Positions 52,642 to 63,138 of a stretch of DNA of 64,000 nucleotides are shown in pieces. The DNA is taken from the NCBI GenBank assembly GCA_017554445.1, contig JAFZIJ010000077.1, positions 1,714 to 65,713 of the forward strand, written 5' to 3'. The notes under the pieces are model-generated. The model was not told the DNA's origin. It did not search any database and worked only from the letters and a program-made list of their open reading frames with translations. Both the position numbers and the translations under genes were made by a program. Within the stretch, counting starts at the first letter, position 1. Each line of letters opens with the position of its first letter. Source of the DNA: Victivallales bacterium (GTDB taxonomy: Bacteria; Verrucomicrobiota; Lentisphaeria; Oligosphaerales; Oligosphaeraceae).

Positions 52642-54810
52642 TTAATGTATAGGCGGAGGAGGAGGATTTGGCCTATCCGACGGCGTGGACGGATTATCCT
52701 CCGGCTCCAGCGGCGGCGCAGCCATCTTCGGACCATCGTCCTTCGTAGCGGAATCATCCGGGCCGAAATCGTCGTCAGATTCAGCGGCATGTTCAGGCAT
52801 CTCCATCTCCAGAAGGTCATAGACCTCCTTGGCAGTCATCGTCTCGCGTTCAAGCAGAGCTTCCGCAAGTTTGTGCAATTTGTCCAAGTTGTCTTTCAAC
52901 AACGAGATGGCGCGCTTCTGGCCTTCCTCCACGAGGCCGCGGATCTCCAAATCGATTTCACGCGCCGTCTCTGGACTGAAGTCTTCGCTACGTGTGATGT
53001 CGCGGCCCAAGAAGATATGCTCTTCGCGACCGATGTAGTTCACTGGCCCCATGCGACGGCTCATGCCGTACTGGCAAACCATCTTCTTGGCTGTCTCCGT
53101 CACTTGGCGGATATCGCCGGAGGCGCCTGTCGAAATGTCGTCCAAAACCAATTCCTCCGCCGCGCGACCGCCGAGACCGACGGCGATGGAATCACGTAAC
53201 TCGTTGTAAGAACGATGGTAAATGTCCTGTTCCGGCAGGAACATCGTCATACCGCCAGCCTGTCCACGCGGGATGATCGTAATTTTGTGCAACGGAATCG
53301 TATGTTCGCACAGCATGTTCACCAAGGCATGACCACCTTCGTGATAGGCAGTCAGCTTGCGATCCTTCTCCGTCACCTTGCGGCTACGACGCTCTTTGCC
53401 AAAGCAGACTTTGTCACGAGCCGCTTCCAAATCGTCGAGACCGACAGTCTCTTTGCCACCTCGCGTCGCAATCAACGCCGCCTCGTTGATGAGATTCGCC
53501 AAATCCGCTCCGCTGAAACCAGTCGTGCCGCGGGCGATCACTTTCAAATCGACGGACGGATCCAGTTTGATTTTCGCCGCATGAATCTTCAGAATGCCCA
53601 GACGGCCGCGAAGATCCGGTAGGTCGATGACGATCTGCCGGTCAAAACGGCCTGGACGGAGCAAAGCGGGATCCAAGACATCCGGACGATTCGTCGCCGC
53701 AATCACAATGACGCCGGAATTCACTTCAAAACCATCCATTTCAACGAGCAATGCATTCAATGTCTGCTCGCGTTCATCGTGACCACCACCGATTCCGCTA
53801 AAACGCGAACGCCCAACGGCATCGATTTCATCGATGAAAATCAGACATGGAGAGTGTTTCTTGCCCTCTTCGAACATGTCGCGAACGCGGCTAGCACCGA
53901 CGCCGACGAACATTTCCACGAAATCGGAACCGCTGATGGAGAAAAACGGCACATCTGCTTCGCCCGCGATTGCCTTCGCAAGCAATGTCTTACCAGTTCC
54001 AGGCGGGCCGACCATCAGCACACCACGCGGAATCTTGCCGCCCAATCGGCGGAATTTTGCCGGATCCTTCAGGAAATCAACGATTTCCTGCATTTCTTCC
54101 TTCGCTTCGTCAATGCCTGCCACGTCTTTCAATGTCAGCTTGTCCTTTCCAGGCACCAGCATTCTTGCACGGCTCTTTCCAAACTGCAACGCGCCGTTGC
54201 CCGCACCGCGCATCTGACGTGCGAAGATAAAATAGAACAATCCGACCATCAGCAGGATCGGGAGGACGGAAATCATGATATTCGTCCACAATCCATTGGA
54301 AAAACGCGTCTCGCGGACAGTACAGTATTCGCGGATCATCTGATCCAGAATATCACTGTACACGACGCGGCATTTGAAACGAATGACCATCGGCTCCTGC
54401 ACGAAGCCGGATTTGCCGTCTTTCGCGACATCTTTTGCGGCCGTTTTGCCGTCTGTCTGCGCCGTCTGATTGCGTTTCTGAAGCGCGCCATTCCGTTTCT
54501 GCCATGTGTTCCGCATGTCCTCCGATGGCCAGTATGTGCCCTCCAGAACGATCATCGCACCGCTCGACTGCTGCTCTTCGATAATCACCTTCTGGATAAG
54601 GTGGCGTTTGAGCAGATCTTCGAAGTCGCTTTGGCGAAGTTCGCGCAACTGCGTCGATTCACGTCCGTTGAACAAAACCAGAAACAAGGGGATTGCGAAA
54701 ATCACAACCGCCCACAAGAGCAGCATCTTTACCGGGGGGCGAAGAAACGGTCCGCCGCCCCCTCCGTCCATGTCATGCCTCCGTGGCTCCTTTGTACGCT
54801 TATCCGACAT
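52642..54810 (-). CDS. ftsH: ATP-dependent zinc metalloprotease FtsH
   Basis: Two N-terminal TM helices, Walker A GPPGTGKT, Walker B IIFIDEID, SRH region, and zinc site HEGGHA. It ends in a Pro-rich C-terminal tail. Confidence 0.95.
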   Translation of the reverse strand: MSDKRTKEPRRHDMDGGGGGPFLRPPVKMLLLWAVVIFAIPLFLVLFNGRESTQLRELRQSDFEDLLKRHLIQKVIIEEQQSSGAMIVLEGTYWPSEDMRNTWQKRNGALQKRNQTAQTDGKTAAKDVAKDGKSGFVQEPMVIRFKCRVVYSDILDQMIREYCTVRETRFSNGLWTNIMISVLPILLMVGLFYFIFARQMRGAGNGALQFGKSRARMLVPGKDKLTLKDVAGIDEAKEEMQEIVDFLKDPAKFRRLGGKIPRGVLMVGPPGTGKTLLAKAIAGEADVPFFSISGSDFVEMFVGVGASRVRDMFEEGKKHSPCLIFIDEIDAVGRSRFSGIGGGHDEREQTLNALLVEMDGFEVNSGVIVIAATNRPDVLDPALLRPGRFDRQIVIDLPDLRGRLGILKIHAAKIKLDPSVDLKVIARGTTGFSGADLANLINEAALIATRGGKETVGLDDLEAARDKVCFGKERRSRKVTEKDRKLTAYHEGGHALVNMLCEHTIPLHKITIIPRGQAGGMTMFLPEQDIYHRSYNELRDSIAVGLGGRAAEELVLDDISTGASGDIRQVTETAKKMVCQYGMSRRMGPVNYIGREEHIFLGRDITRSEDFSPETAREIDLEIRGLVEEGQKRAISLLKDNLDKLHKLAEALLERETMTAKEVYDLLEMEMPEHAAESDDDFGPDDSATKDDGPKMAAPPLEPEDNPSTPSDRPNPPPPPIH

Positions 54811-54966
54811 TTACACCCTCTATGAGATTCATCATCATTCAATAAAAAAAAGTTCCGCCGACAAGGCGAAACTTTTTCCAGACTGCGCCGCCCGTAAAAA
54901 GCTTGCCATGGGCGGCATGCAGGCATGTCATCCGCCCGCATGCACAGGACATGCGGACGCGAATCC

Positions 54967-55512
54967 TTACTGGAACATCTTCATGAACACCATGCCGGCC
55001 ACAGCCAGCGCCGCAAGCGCGAGCAACGCGATCACGCCATACCAAATGCCATTTTGGCCTTTGTTTTCACGAAGTTGCACGGCGCGCTTCGTCGTCGTCG
55101 AACCAGCCATGTTCTTCATGGTATCTCTCTGGATCTCACCGGTGCCCGTGTTCTCAAGATTGATGAGGTGGCTGCTGGTGTGCGTCGCCGTATGCTGGGC
55201 GAATTCGCCCGTGTCGAACATGATCTCGATGCCGCCCAGCTGGAAGATATCGCCATGCTTCAGCACGACTTCCTGCCCGGCCTCGATCGGTTCGCCGTTC
55301 AGAGAGGAACCGTTCGTACTCCCTTCATCCCGCAGCATGTAAACGCCTTCTTCCGTGCGGAACAACGTGCAATGATGCCCGCTGATCGTCGAATCCGGGA
55401 TGGCTATGTCACAACTGTCCGTACGGCCTATTGTATAGCTTTCATTCGGCAATTGAAATGAAGTGCCGCGCATCGGTCCGTCCGACAATATCTGTATTTT
55501 CGCTGTCGCCAT
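54967..55512 (-). CDS. FHA domain protein with C-terminal TM anchor
   Basis: FHA signature YTIGRTDSCDIAIPDSTISGHHC...GSTNGSSLNG and a C-terminal hydrophobic helix WYGVIALLALAALAVAGMVFM. Confidence 0.8.
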   Translation of the reverse strand: MATAKIQILSDGPMRGTSFQLPNESYTIGRTDSCDIAIPDSTISGHHCTLFRTEEGVYMLRDEGSTNGSSLNGEPIEAGQEVVLKHGDIFQLGGIEIMFDTGEFAQHTATHTSSHLINLENTGTGEIQRDTMKNMAGSTTTKRAVQLRENKGQNGIWYGVIALLALAALAVAGMVFMKMFQ

Positions 55513-55680
55513 TGCTTTGTCCTTTGGGTTATAGATCTTTCCACGACGTGTGGAACTGTTTCTAAAGGTTCCTGCCCAATCAACTTTTCTATTATTATAA
55601 ACTAATTTAAATCACTTTTATTGTTTTTTCAATGCAATTTTAGTAAAAACTAATGTTTCTCCGCCATTTAGGCATGATTT

Positions 55681-58200
55681 TTATTTCTTTTTTTCTTCAA
55701 ACAACGGCTTCAACGCCGCATCGCCTCTGTATTCCTCAGCTTTCAACGGATATCGCCGTCGCAATTCCTCCCACGCTTCGCGAGCGGATTCCTTCTTTCC
55801 CAACGCCAAGTGGGCACGTATCGCCAGAAGCATCGCAGTGGGATTGTACAACGGATGATTTCCGACAATGTAGCACATCGTCGCGTAGGTCAAAGCGTCG
55901 CTTGGATTCTTGTCCACGTCCAGCAGGATGCGCGCCTTCACAAGCCACGCCAACGCCGTGCTTTCCTCCTTCGAACGGCCGCCAGACAGAACCAAGACCT
56001 TCTCCGCCAGATCCAGAGCCTGCGTGTACTGCTTCTGGTAGTAGAGATTCTCCGCCAGCAACGCGAGCACATCGCAACGGAACGGAAGCCGTTCATCCGG
56101 ATTCAGCGTCTTTTCCACTTCGGGAATCTTCACCTGAAGTTCCGTAAGAAGCGTGCCTGCTTCGGCACGACTCGCCTCGCCGGCGACGACCAGCCGTTTT
56201 GCAAGCTCCAGGCCGCCGCGGCACGACCAGAGCGGATCGTCCTTCCGCTGCCACAGCGTCCGCCAAATCCGCTCTTCGCATGTACGTGAATCAAATCCGG
56301 CAAGATCCACGCCGGAATCACGCAAATCACCGCAGACCATGCCTGCCTTATACAGGAACGGTCCGTCCAGATTCACGCCACCGTATTTGACCAACAAATC
56401 GTTGACAAGCTTGACGCCGTCGAACATGTTCTTCAATTCATTGGGCGTCTTCTTGTCCTGCTTCTCGCCGACGAAGGATGTCAGAAGGATTTGGCTGGCC
56501 AGCTTCTTCAAGCTCTGCTCAATCTCCGCACCGCCCACCAACGGCTTTTCCAACGCCGCCATCAGCACGTCCAAAGCCGCTTTGCGCTCCTTCTTGTTGT
56601 AAAGGATCGTCGCAAGGCCGAGCGTAAAACGCTCGGCACGAGCGCCCGTCGCATCCTTCAATAATTCAAGGACTTGCGCTTCCGCCAAATCCAACTGGTC
56701 TGCCTCGCTATAGATGTACATCAACCGTTCACGGCTGATATCGACTTCCTCCTTCGACTGCGGATACATTTCAATCAGTTTCAAGTAGTCCCGCGTCGCC
56801 AAATCCAGATGCTTCGCCTCACGTTCGCATTCCGCTGCCTGCAACAAAAACGAAGCAGGTTTCGTAACACCTGGCAAACGGCTCAACACAATCAGTTCAT
56901 CGGCCGCTTTCTGCCATTCCTTCGCCTTCATGAACATGGAGATCAGCAGTTCATGGCTCCGCACTTGCTCCGGCAAATTACCTTTGTATAACGCAAGTGC
57001 TTGGCGATACGAATTTTCTGCATCCTGCAACCTTCCGTCAATCTCAAATATGCGGCCACGATGCTGCAACATGCCAGGCTTCTCCGGACTTTGCGGATAC
57101 TCCTTCACGAACGCGTCAATTAACAGGCCGGCCCGCTCGAAGGATTTCTCCTCCATCAGGCAGTAGATCACATACGTCTTAACCATTCGGCGAATGTCCG
57201 GAGGAACATCCGCCATTGTCTCAATCCGCATGAAAAACGGACGCGCCTCTGGATAACGCCGCACGTTGAAAAGGCACAACCCATGGACATAGTCCATTTC
57301 ATAGTCGTTCACTTCCGCATAGCGGCGATGCCAGTCCTCCGCCTTCTCCAATGCGTCCGCCACCTTCCCCTGGTCGAACAACAGCATTACGCGGCGTTTG
57401 CGCACTTCGCGGCTGCTCGCACCATCCGGATAGAGCCCCAAACAGAGTTCATATGCAGACAAGGCATCCGCAAAATGTCCTCTGGCGTTGCAGACTTCGC
57501 CCAGACGATAGATGGACGCCTCGCGGATTTCCGGCGATACGCTTTCATTGCCTGAAAGCCTTTTGAAACCGCTCTCAGCCTCTTCAAGCTGCCGCGCCGT
57601 CAATGCACGCCAACTCAACTGGTAGAGGGAATACGCCCGCCACGGGCGGTCGCCACGAAGCTCGCCTTTCGCCAGCGTGCGGAACAAATCCAAAACTTCC
57701 TCCGTGTCCTTCCCGTTCTGATAACGGATGCACATCGCCAAAAGATACGTCGAATATTCGGCCAGCGATTCATCCTTCGAATTGCGAAGCAGACGGAAGC
57801 TCTCCGCAGCCCGCGCATAGTCTTTCTTTTGGTAATAGGCGTCCGCCTCCCAGCTCGTCAACGCCTCCAATTTGGCATTCGTCGGAAAATTCTTGCGGAA
57901 CTCCGCAATGCTGGCCAACATGTCGTCTGTCTTCATCTGCTCATGAAGGCAGAGAATCAGATTCACATGTGCTTCGGCGGCAAGACGATGGCCGCCATTG
58001 ACAGCCAGAAAGTCACGGTACAGCTTCTCTGCGCGATCATAAAGCTTTCGGTCCTGAAGGCCGTGCGCATACATGTACTGATCCTGCGGATCATGCAATT
58101 CCTCCACCGTCCCCTGGCCGAACACGGAGAAGAACCCAAGAAGCAAAAATGCAAGACACGCCAGAACGCATATCTTGCGGATTAACGGCACACGAGTCAT
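55681..58200 (-). CDS. large TPR-repeat protein with N-terminal signal/anchor
   Basis: 839 aa of tetratricopeptide-like helical repeats. AGGAGG RBS precedes the ATG at 58200 (MTRVPLIRKICVLACLAFLLLGFF). It starts 17 nt after the exbD stop. Confidence 0.75.
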   Translation of the reverse strand: MTRVPLIRKICVLACLAFLLLGFFSVFGQGTVEELHDPQDQYMYAHGLQDRKLYDRAEKLYRDFLAVNGGHRLAAEAHVNLILCLHEQMKTDDMLASIAEFRKNFPTNAKLEALTSWEADAYYQKKDYARAAESFRLLRNSKDESLAEYSTYLLAMCIRYQNGKDTEEVLDLFRTLAKGELRGDRPWRAYSLYQLSWRALTARQLEEAESGFKRLSGNESVSPEIREASIYRLGEVCNARGHFADALSAYELCLGLYPDGASSREVRKRRVMLLFDQGKVADALEKAEDWHRRYAEVNDYEMDYVHGLCLFNVRRYPEARPFFMRIETMADVPPDIRRMVKTYVIYCLMEEKSFERAGLLIDAFVKEYPQSPEKPGMLQHRGRIFEIDGRLQDAENSYRQALALYKGNLPEQVRSHELLISMFMKAKEWQKAADELIVLSRLPGVTKPASFLLQAAECEREAKHLDLATRDYLKLIEMYPQSKEEVDISRERLMYIYSEADQLDLAEAQVLELLKDATGARAERFTLGLATILYNKKERKAALDVLMAALEKPLVGGAEIEQSLKKLASQILLTSFVGEKQDKKTPNELKNMFDGVKLVNDLLVKYGGVNLDGPFLYKAGMVCGDLRDSGVDLAGFDSRTCEERIWRTLWQRKDDPLWSCRGGLELAKRLVVAGEASRAEAGTLLTELQVKIPEVEKTLNPDERLPFRCDVLALLAENLYYQKQYTQALDLAEKVLVLSGGRSKEESTALAWLVKARILLDVDKNPSDALTYATMCYIVGNHPLYNPTAMLLAIRAHLALGKKESAREAWEELRRRYPLKAEEYRGDAALKPLFEEKKK

Positions 58201-58217
58201 CTTCGCCTCCTGAAACG

Positions 58218-58637
58218 TCACTTCTCCTCCGGATGGATGGTCGCGAATGATACGTTGCGGATATCGACTTTCGCGCACAAATCCAAAACTTTAATGACAT
58301 CCTTATGCTGCGTCTTCTCGTCCGCGCGGATGATGACAGGCTGCTCTTGAAACGCAGCCTGGACTTCGGACAAGATCCGCTCCAACCGTTCCATCGTCAG
58401 CTCCTGGCTGTTGATGGATACGACGCCCTTTTCATCCACGTTGATGATGACTTCGCCACGCTGGCGGTAACTATGGTTCTCCGAACTCGCAGTAGGCACC
58501 TTGATTTCAAGCTTGTTCTCCCATTGCGCGAAAATCGTCGCCGCCATGAAATGAATCAAAAGAATGAAAATGATGTCCAGCATCGGCCCCATTTGGAAGC
58601 CGGCGTTCGATTCCGTGATTTTTCTTTTGAAATTCAT
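58218..58637 (-). CDS. exbD: ExbD/TolR family biopolymer transport protein
   Basis: 139 aa. It has the conserved N-terminal MLDIIFILLIHF TM helix (Asp in TM) and a periplasmic domain. Confidence 0.85.
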   Translation of the reverse strand: MNFKRKITESNAGFQMGPMLDIIFILLIHFMAATIFAQWENKLEIKVPTASSENHSYRQRGEVIINVDEKGVVSINSQELTMERLERILSEVQAAFQEQPVIIRADEKTQHKDVIKVLDLCAKVDIRNVSFATIHPEEK

Positions 58638-58661
58638 GTTAAGCCCTTGCAGAAGCGAAAA

Positions 58662-59507
58662 TTAAAGCCTGTTACTGGCGGACAGTCTGCGGAGAACGGA
58701 ATTGCACGCGCTCTCCATGCCGCCGATCAGCTTGTTCAAACGGCCACGCATCAAGTCATACATCGCCATCGCGAAAATACCGACGATCAGGCCGCCAAAC
58801 GTCGTATACATGGCCTGCGAAACACCGTTCGCCAGCGTGTCCGCCTTGTTGATCATGCTGACACCGCTTTCCAAACCGCTGAAAGACACCATCATGCCCC
58901 ATACTGTACCAAGCAATCCGACCATTGGGGCGATGACCGCGATATCCATCAGATACTGGAGACGCTGCCAAAGCATGCCCGCCTGACGGCCGCCTTCGTC
59001 CTCCATCGCGTCACGCAAAACGACATGGTCCGCAATATGCCCGTCTTCGCACTGCTCCAACGCCGCGCCGATGATTTTCGCCGCGCATGAACCGTTGTTC
59101 AGACACAAGTCGCGAAGCCCCTCCAAATCGCCGGATTCCGCCGCATCCTGCGCCTCCATGATGTATGAGCGCGGATACAGCGTCCCCTGCCGCATGGACA
59201 GAAGATAGAAGAACAAAAGGGCAATCGCCAGAAGCGAAAGGCCAGCGATGACGTTCATCAGCCAGCCGCCGCGAACCATGATGTCCTCAATCGTAATGAC
59301 ACCAGTCTTTTCTTCTTGGCCTTCCTCAGCCTCAGTCTCTTCTGCATCTTCCGTTGTCTCAACAGCTTCTGTTGCCGGTTCATCCTGCTTCGGCTGCGTT
59401 TGGACAACACTTTCAGGGGCTCCGCCGACGGGTGCCGCTTGCTGGCCCATTATGCATACGCCGCTGAAAAACAGCATCAGGACAAGTACAATACTCGTTG
59501 CTTTCAT
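58662..59507 (-). CDS. exbB: MotA/TolQ/ExbB proton-channel family protein with acidic N-terminal periplasmic extension
   Basis: Signal peptide, an acidic low-complexity segment (TEDAEETEAEEGQEE), then three TM helices with the conserved APMVGLLGTVWGM...GGLIVGI core. Confidence 0.85.
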   Translation of the reverse strand: MKATSIVLVLMLFFSGVCIMGQQAAPVGGAPESVVQTQPKQDEPATEAVETTEDAEETEAEEGQEEKTGVITIEDIMVRGGWLMNVIAGLSLLAIALLFFYLLSMRQGTLYPRSYIMEAQDAAESGDLEGLRDLCLNNGSCAAKIIGAALEQCEDGHIADHVVLRDAMEDEGGRQAGMLWQRLQYLMDIAVIAPMVGLLGTVWGMMVSFSGLESGVSMINKADTLANGVSQAMYTTFGGLIVGIFAMAMYDLMRGRLNKLIGGMESACNSVLRRLSASNRL

Positions 59508-59667
59508 CGTGTTTCCTATCGTTATATTTGATTCTATTATTTGTTTTGCCACATGTCCCATTTGGAGGGAACTAAGTTAAAAAGATAAATATACTCCTTA
59601 ATACGCGTTAGCGCAATTTTCAAACAGGAAAAATTAACATTCATGATTGGCAGTTGAATGTCTGTCT

Positions 59668-61584
59668 TCAATAGAAGACGACTTCAGACGTGCAGGTCAT
59701 CCCGCGGCTGTCCGTGACGAACAAATACGCGGCGGTTGCATTAGACGGCACAACAGACGTCAAAGTTCCCGTCATCTCATCATAATCGGCGTCGGCGACC
59801 TCCCAGTTGCGATCCGGCCATTCGCCACTGTCTTTTGTAAACGCCAGCCGTCCATCCCTTAACGGTCCGCCTCCAGCGATTTTTGCCGTGACTTTCCGAC
59901 CAACCACCGCGAAGGCCATAATTCGCGGCAACGGCTCGCCGCCTTTCAGCAGTGAATCCGCAAGACATTTGATTTCAGGCGGATCGCCAGCCGGAGCATG
60001 GCCATGCGGCATGCGGATCTTGTAGCTGCGGAAGACTTCCCCCTTTGGCAATAGCGTCGTCCTATGCCACACCAATGTGCGGTAGAAGATATCGTTCGTC
60101 CCATTGCAGAACAGCATCGGCATTTTTGCGAAGCAAACATATTCCGCAGGATCCCAAAGCTTTAGCCATTTCATCGCGTTATCCGTCCCCATGCCGCGAA
60201 ACGTCGGTTGCCAACCGCTTCCCGCGCCAAGCAAGCCACAACCATACACAGGCGCCGCAAACTTGAAACGACCGTCCACTCCCGCCACGATGTTCGTCAG
60301 ATAACCACCCCATGAAATACCTGTCACGCCAGTTTTCTCCGCATCAACCTCTTTGAAAGAGCGAAGCAGCGTATGACCAAGCACGACTGATGCAATCGCA
60401 TGGTATGTCCACTGGTCCGTCACAGGTTCGTTCACATTGCCGAAATCGCCCCATCCGGCCGGACCGGACCATTCATGCATCGGCCACGGCTTGCCGTCCG
60501 TATCCAACGGCAACGGCAGATGGCCGCAATTGTCCATCGCGATGGCCGCATAGCCGCGGTCGTTCCATGTCTTGACCCATGTACGGAACGCCGTCCCACC
60601 GCCGCCATGGACCAAAACCATGCCCGGAACGGGATGCTCGGCGGACGCGTCTTTTGGAAAACCAATATACGCGAAAACACGTGTCGGCTTGCCTTTGTAA
60701 GGAACACCGTCGTAGAAAATTGGCTTTACATCATCATTCACCATGGTGTTAAATGGTTCTGTTTCCACAGGATATGTCTTGGGAACTTTGGACAGCTCCG
60801 CCATGTTCCACATCGTCTGCGCCATTCCTTTCGGCAGTACGGGACTATAGAACGGCGTCTCCCGCGCGGCCAATTCACGTTCCGTTGATTCATAAATATT
60901 TTCACTCATCTTGACCTCCTGCATGATTTCATCCGCATCCATCGCCCGATTCACTAACCGAAAACTGCTGAACAGCCCTTCGAATTTCCGCCCCGTCCAT
61001 GTCGAGACAATCAGCGGGGCATCTGGAACATCCAGCGTCCCAGTCAGTTGCGGATTATGATTTCGAACACCGGCCGACTGTCCGTCAACATAGTACGACG
61101 TCGTGTTCTTCTCGCGATCCACGACGACCGCCACATGCTGCCATTTGCCAGTCTTCAGGAGAGGATCCGATTTCGTCGAAGCGTAATGCCCTTCGAGATC
61201 GCGCATGGAAAACATCAGCCGCCCATCCGCATAGACATCCAACACCCAGAATTCATTCTTCTTATTGATTTTCAGAAGGATGCGACGGTAGATCGTGTCA
61301 TCCTTCGTCTTCAGCGTGTCCGGACAAAGCCACATCAGAAGACTGAAGCTGTTTTTCCCGACGCGCACCGCTTCCTGGTCTTTGAAATGGATGGATGAAT
61401 CGCCTTCATGGCCGAGATAGGCGGCTTTTCCAAACAGCCCGGTCGCCCAACGACCTCCCATATCCACCGCCAGTTCTTTCGGTGTATCTTCCTTTCCGGG
61501 AACTAGATAAGACATATCGCCCCATACGGTAGCCGTCAAGCCCAGCCAAACCGCCATCATCCAAATCACTGTCTTCATTTTCAT
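59668..61584 (-). CDS. secreted LamG/concanavalin-like domain fused to alpha/beta-hydrolase esterase (acetyl-xylan-esterase / dienelactone-hydrolase-like)
   Basis: Signal peptide MKMKTVIWMMAVWLGLTATVWG. LamG-like segment (WQHVAVVVD...YYVDG...FRLVNRAM). The hydrolase part has VLVHGGGGTAF and the nucleophile elbow GISWGGY. Confidence 0.6.
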   Translation of the reverse strand: MKMKTVIWMMAVWLGLTATVWGDMSYLVPGKEDTPKELAVDMGGRWATGLFGKAAYLGHEGDSSIHFKDQEAVRVGKNSFSLLMWLCPDTLKTKDDTIYRRILLKINKKNEFWVLDVYADGRLMFSMRDLEGHYASTKSDPLLKTGKWQHVAVVVDREKNTTSYYVDGQSAGVRNHNPQLTGTLDVPDAPLIVSTWTGRKFEGLFSSFRLVNRAMDADEIMQEVKMSENIYESTERELAARETPFYSPVLPKGMAQTMWNMAELSKVPKTYPVETEPFNTMVNDDVKPIFYDGVPYKGKPTRVFAYIGFPKDASAEHPVPGMVLVHGGGGTAFRTWVKTWNDRGYAAIAMDNCGHLPLPLDTDGKPWPMHEWSGPAGWGDFGNVNEPVTDQWTYHAIASVVLGHTLLRSFKEVDAEKTGVTGISWGGYLTNIVAGVDGRFKFAAPVYGCGLLGAGSGWQPTFRGMGTDNAMKWLKLWDPAEYVCFAKMPMLFCNGTNDIFYRTLVWHRTTLLPKGEVFRSYKIRMPHGHAPAGDPPEIKCLADSLLKGGEPLPRIMAFAVVGRKVTAKIAGGGPLRDGRLAFTKDSGEWPDRNWEVADADYDEMTGTLTSVVPSNATAAYLFVTDSRGMTCTSEVVFY

Positions 61585-61693
61585 GACTTTTTCATTTTCC
61601 TTTTACTTTATATTCCATATATAAATTGCTTTTACACATTGGAAGGTTATTCTAAATAAACAACGTCTTTTCAACTTTTCCACTATTTTCAAC

Positions 61694-63073
61694 ATGAATA
61701 TGGATTTCAACACAGATCTCATCATCGTCGGTGCAGGTGCGGCGGGCCTCATGGCCGCCGCCACAGCCGCAGAAGTGAGCCTTCGATGCGTTGTCCTTGA
61801 ACGGCGGCATCGTCCTGGACTCAAGTTACTTATGTGCGGAAACAACCGCTGCAACATCAGCCATTCAGGAACGCTGGAGGAATTACTGGACGCCTATGGT
61901 GAACCAACCGCCTCCTTTCTGAAAACCGCCTTGTCAAAAGTTTCGCCAGACGCCCTCCGCACGCTATTCTCACGCTGGGGCCTGCTGACCATCATCAATC
62001 GTGACCGAATCTATCCCGCCTCCGAAGACGCCGACGATGTCTTGCACTGCTTCACGGACATAATCCGTAATTCTGAAATTCCCTTCATGACCAACTGCCC
62101 CGTCGATTCCATTGCGACGCTTCCAGAGGGGGGCTTTCTGGTCAAATCGCCTAAAGTCACGCTGACAGCGCGTTATGTGCTTTTGGCGACTGGCGGTTTC
62201 TCCTATCCGAAGACGGGTTCCGTCGGTGATGGACAGCGTTTCGCAAAAGAGCTCGGACTGGACGTAACGGATCCACGGCCCGGCCTCGCGGGCGTCACAA
62301 TCGCCAATCCATGGCTTAATCCAGGCGAGAAGGCGGACATTCAGCAAGTCGAAATCACCGTTTTCGACGGCGAACGCCGCCGCGTCGCCGTCACACGCGG
62401 CAATCTTCTCGTCGAAAGCGACTGCCTGCGCGGCACCGCCGTTTTCGATGCTGTTAGACAAATCTCCCGAAACAATCTGAAAGATTTTTCACTCGTTCTT
62501 GACTTGTTTCCAGGCACTTCCATCCAAAATCTCAAGATGAAGCTTGGGCACGGCATGCTCGCAAACGCTCTCGGCAAACTGGACATCCCGCCAGCCCTCT
62601 GCGGCGTGTTCGCATCCACCGTTCCCAAAGATGCTCCAGCCGAACAATATCTGAAACAGATACCGTTGGATGTCACGGAGATACGTCCGTTGAAGGAGGC
62701 AATCGTCACCGTCGGCGGCGTTGCCCTTCACGAAATCGATTCGCAGACCATGGAATGCAAACGCATTCCGGGCCTTTTCTTTGCGGGTGAGCTCATGGAC
62801 ATCGACGGACCGACAGGCGGCTTCAATCTCCATGCGGCCTTCGCCACCGCGTGTCTGGCCACTTGCGCCATTGCCGACAAACGCGGCAATGGCCACTATC
62901 CACGAACTATAGATATTATAACTCAAGACCGACATCTCACGCAAGAAGAATTGCGGCGTCGCAAGCCATTTCAAGGCATGCCACAAAAACATACCCCACG
63001 CAAACGGTCCGACCGCGGCGACCGATGGGACAAGCCCGAACCGCCGTCGTGGAACCGCCGCCCCAAAAAATAA
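61694..63073 (+). CDS. HI0933/BaiN-like FAD-dependent oxidoreductase with basic C-terminal tail
   Basis: DLIIVGAGAAGLMAA Rossmann motif, GLKLLMCGNNRCNISH, and the C-terminal GELMDIDGPTGGFNL motif. An extra Arg/Lys/Pro-rich tail of about 45 aa follows. Confidence 0.7.
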   Translation: MNMDFNTDLIIVGAGAAGLMAAATAAEVSLRCVVLERRHRPGLKLLMCGNNRCNISHSGTLEELLDAYGEPTASFLKTALSKVSPDALRTLFSRWGLLTIINRDRIYPASEDADDVLHCFTDIIRNSEIPFMTNCPVDSIATLPEGGFLVKSPKVTLTARYVLLATGGFSYPKTGSVGDGQRFAKELGLDVTDPRPGLAGVTIANPWLNPGEKADIQQVEITVFDGERRRVAVTRGNLLVESDCLRGTAVFDAVRQISRNNLKDFSLVLDLFPGTSIQNLKMKLGHGMLANALGKLDIPPALCGVFASTVPKDAPAEQYLKQIPLDVTEIRPLKEAIVTVGGVALHEIDSQTMECKRIPGLFFAGELMDIDGPTGGFNLHAAFATACLATCAIADKRGNGHYPRTIDIITQDRHLTQEELRRRKPFQGMPQKHTPRKRSDRGDRWDKPEPPSWNRRPKK

Positions 63074-63138
63074 TGTCCATTTAGTCTCTTTCGTCCCTTT
63101 CGTCTTTTCCGTTCCTCAAATAATAAAAGGTAACCACC

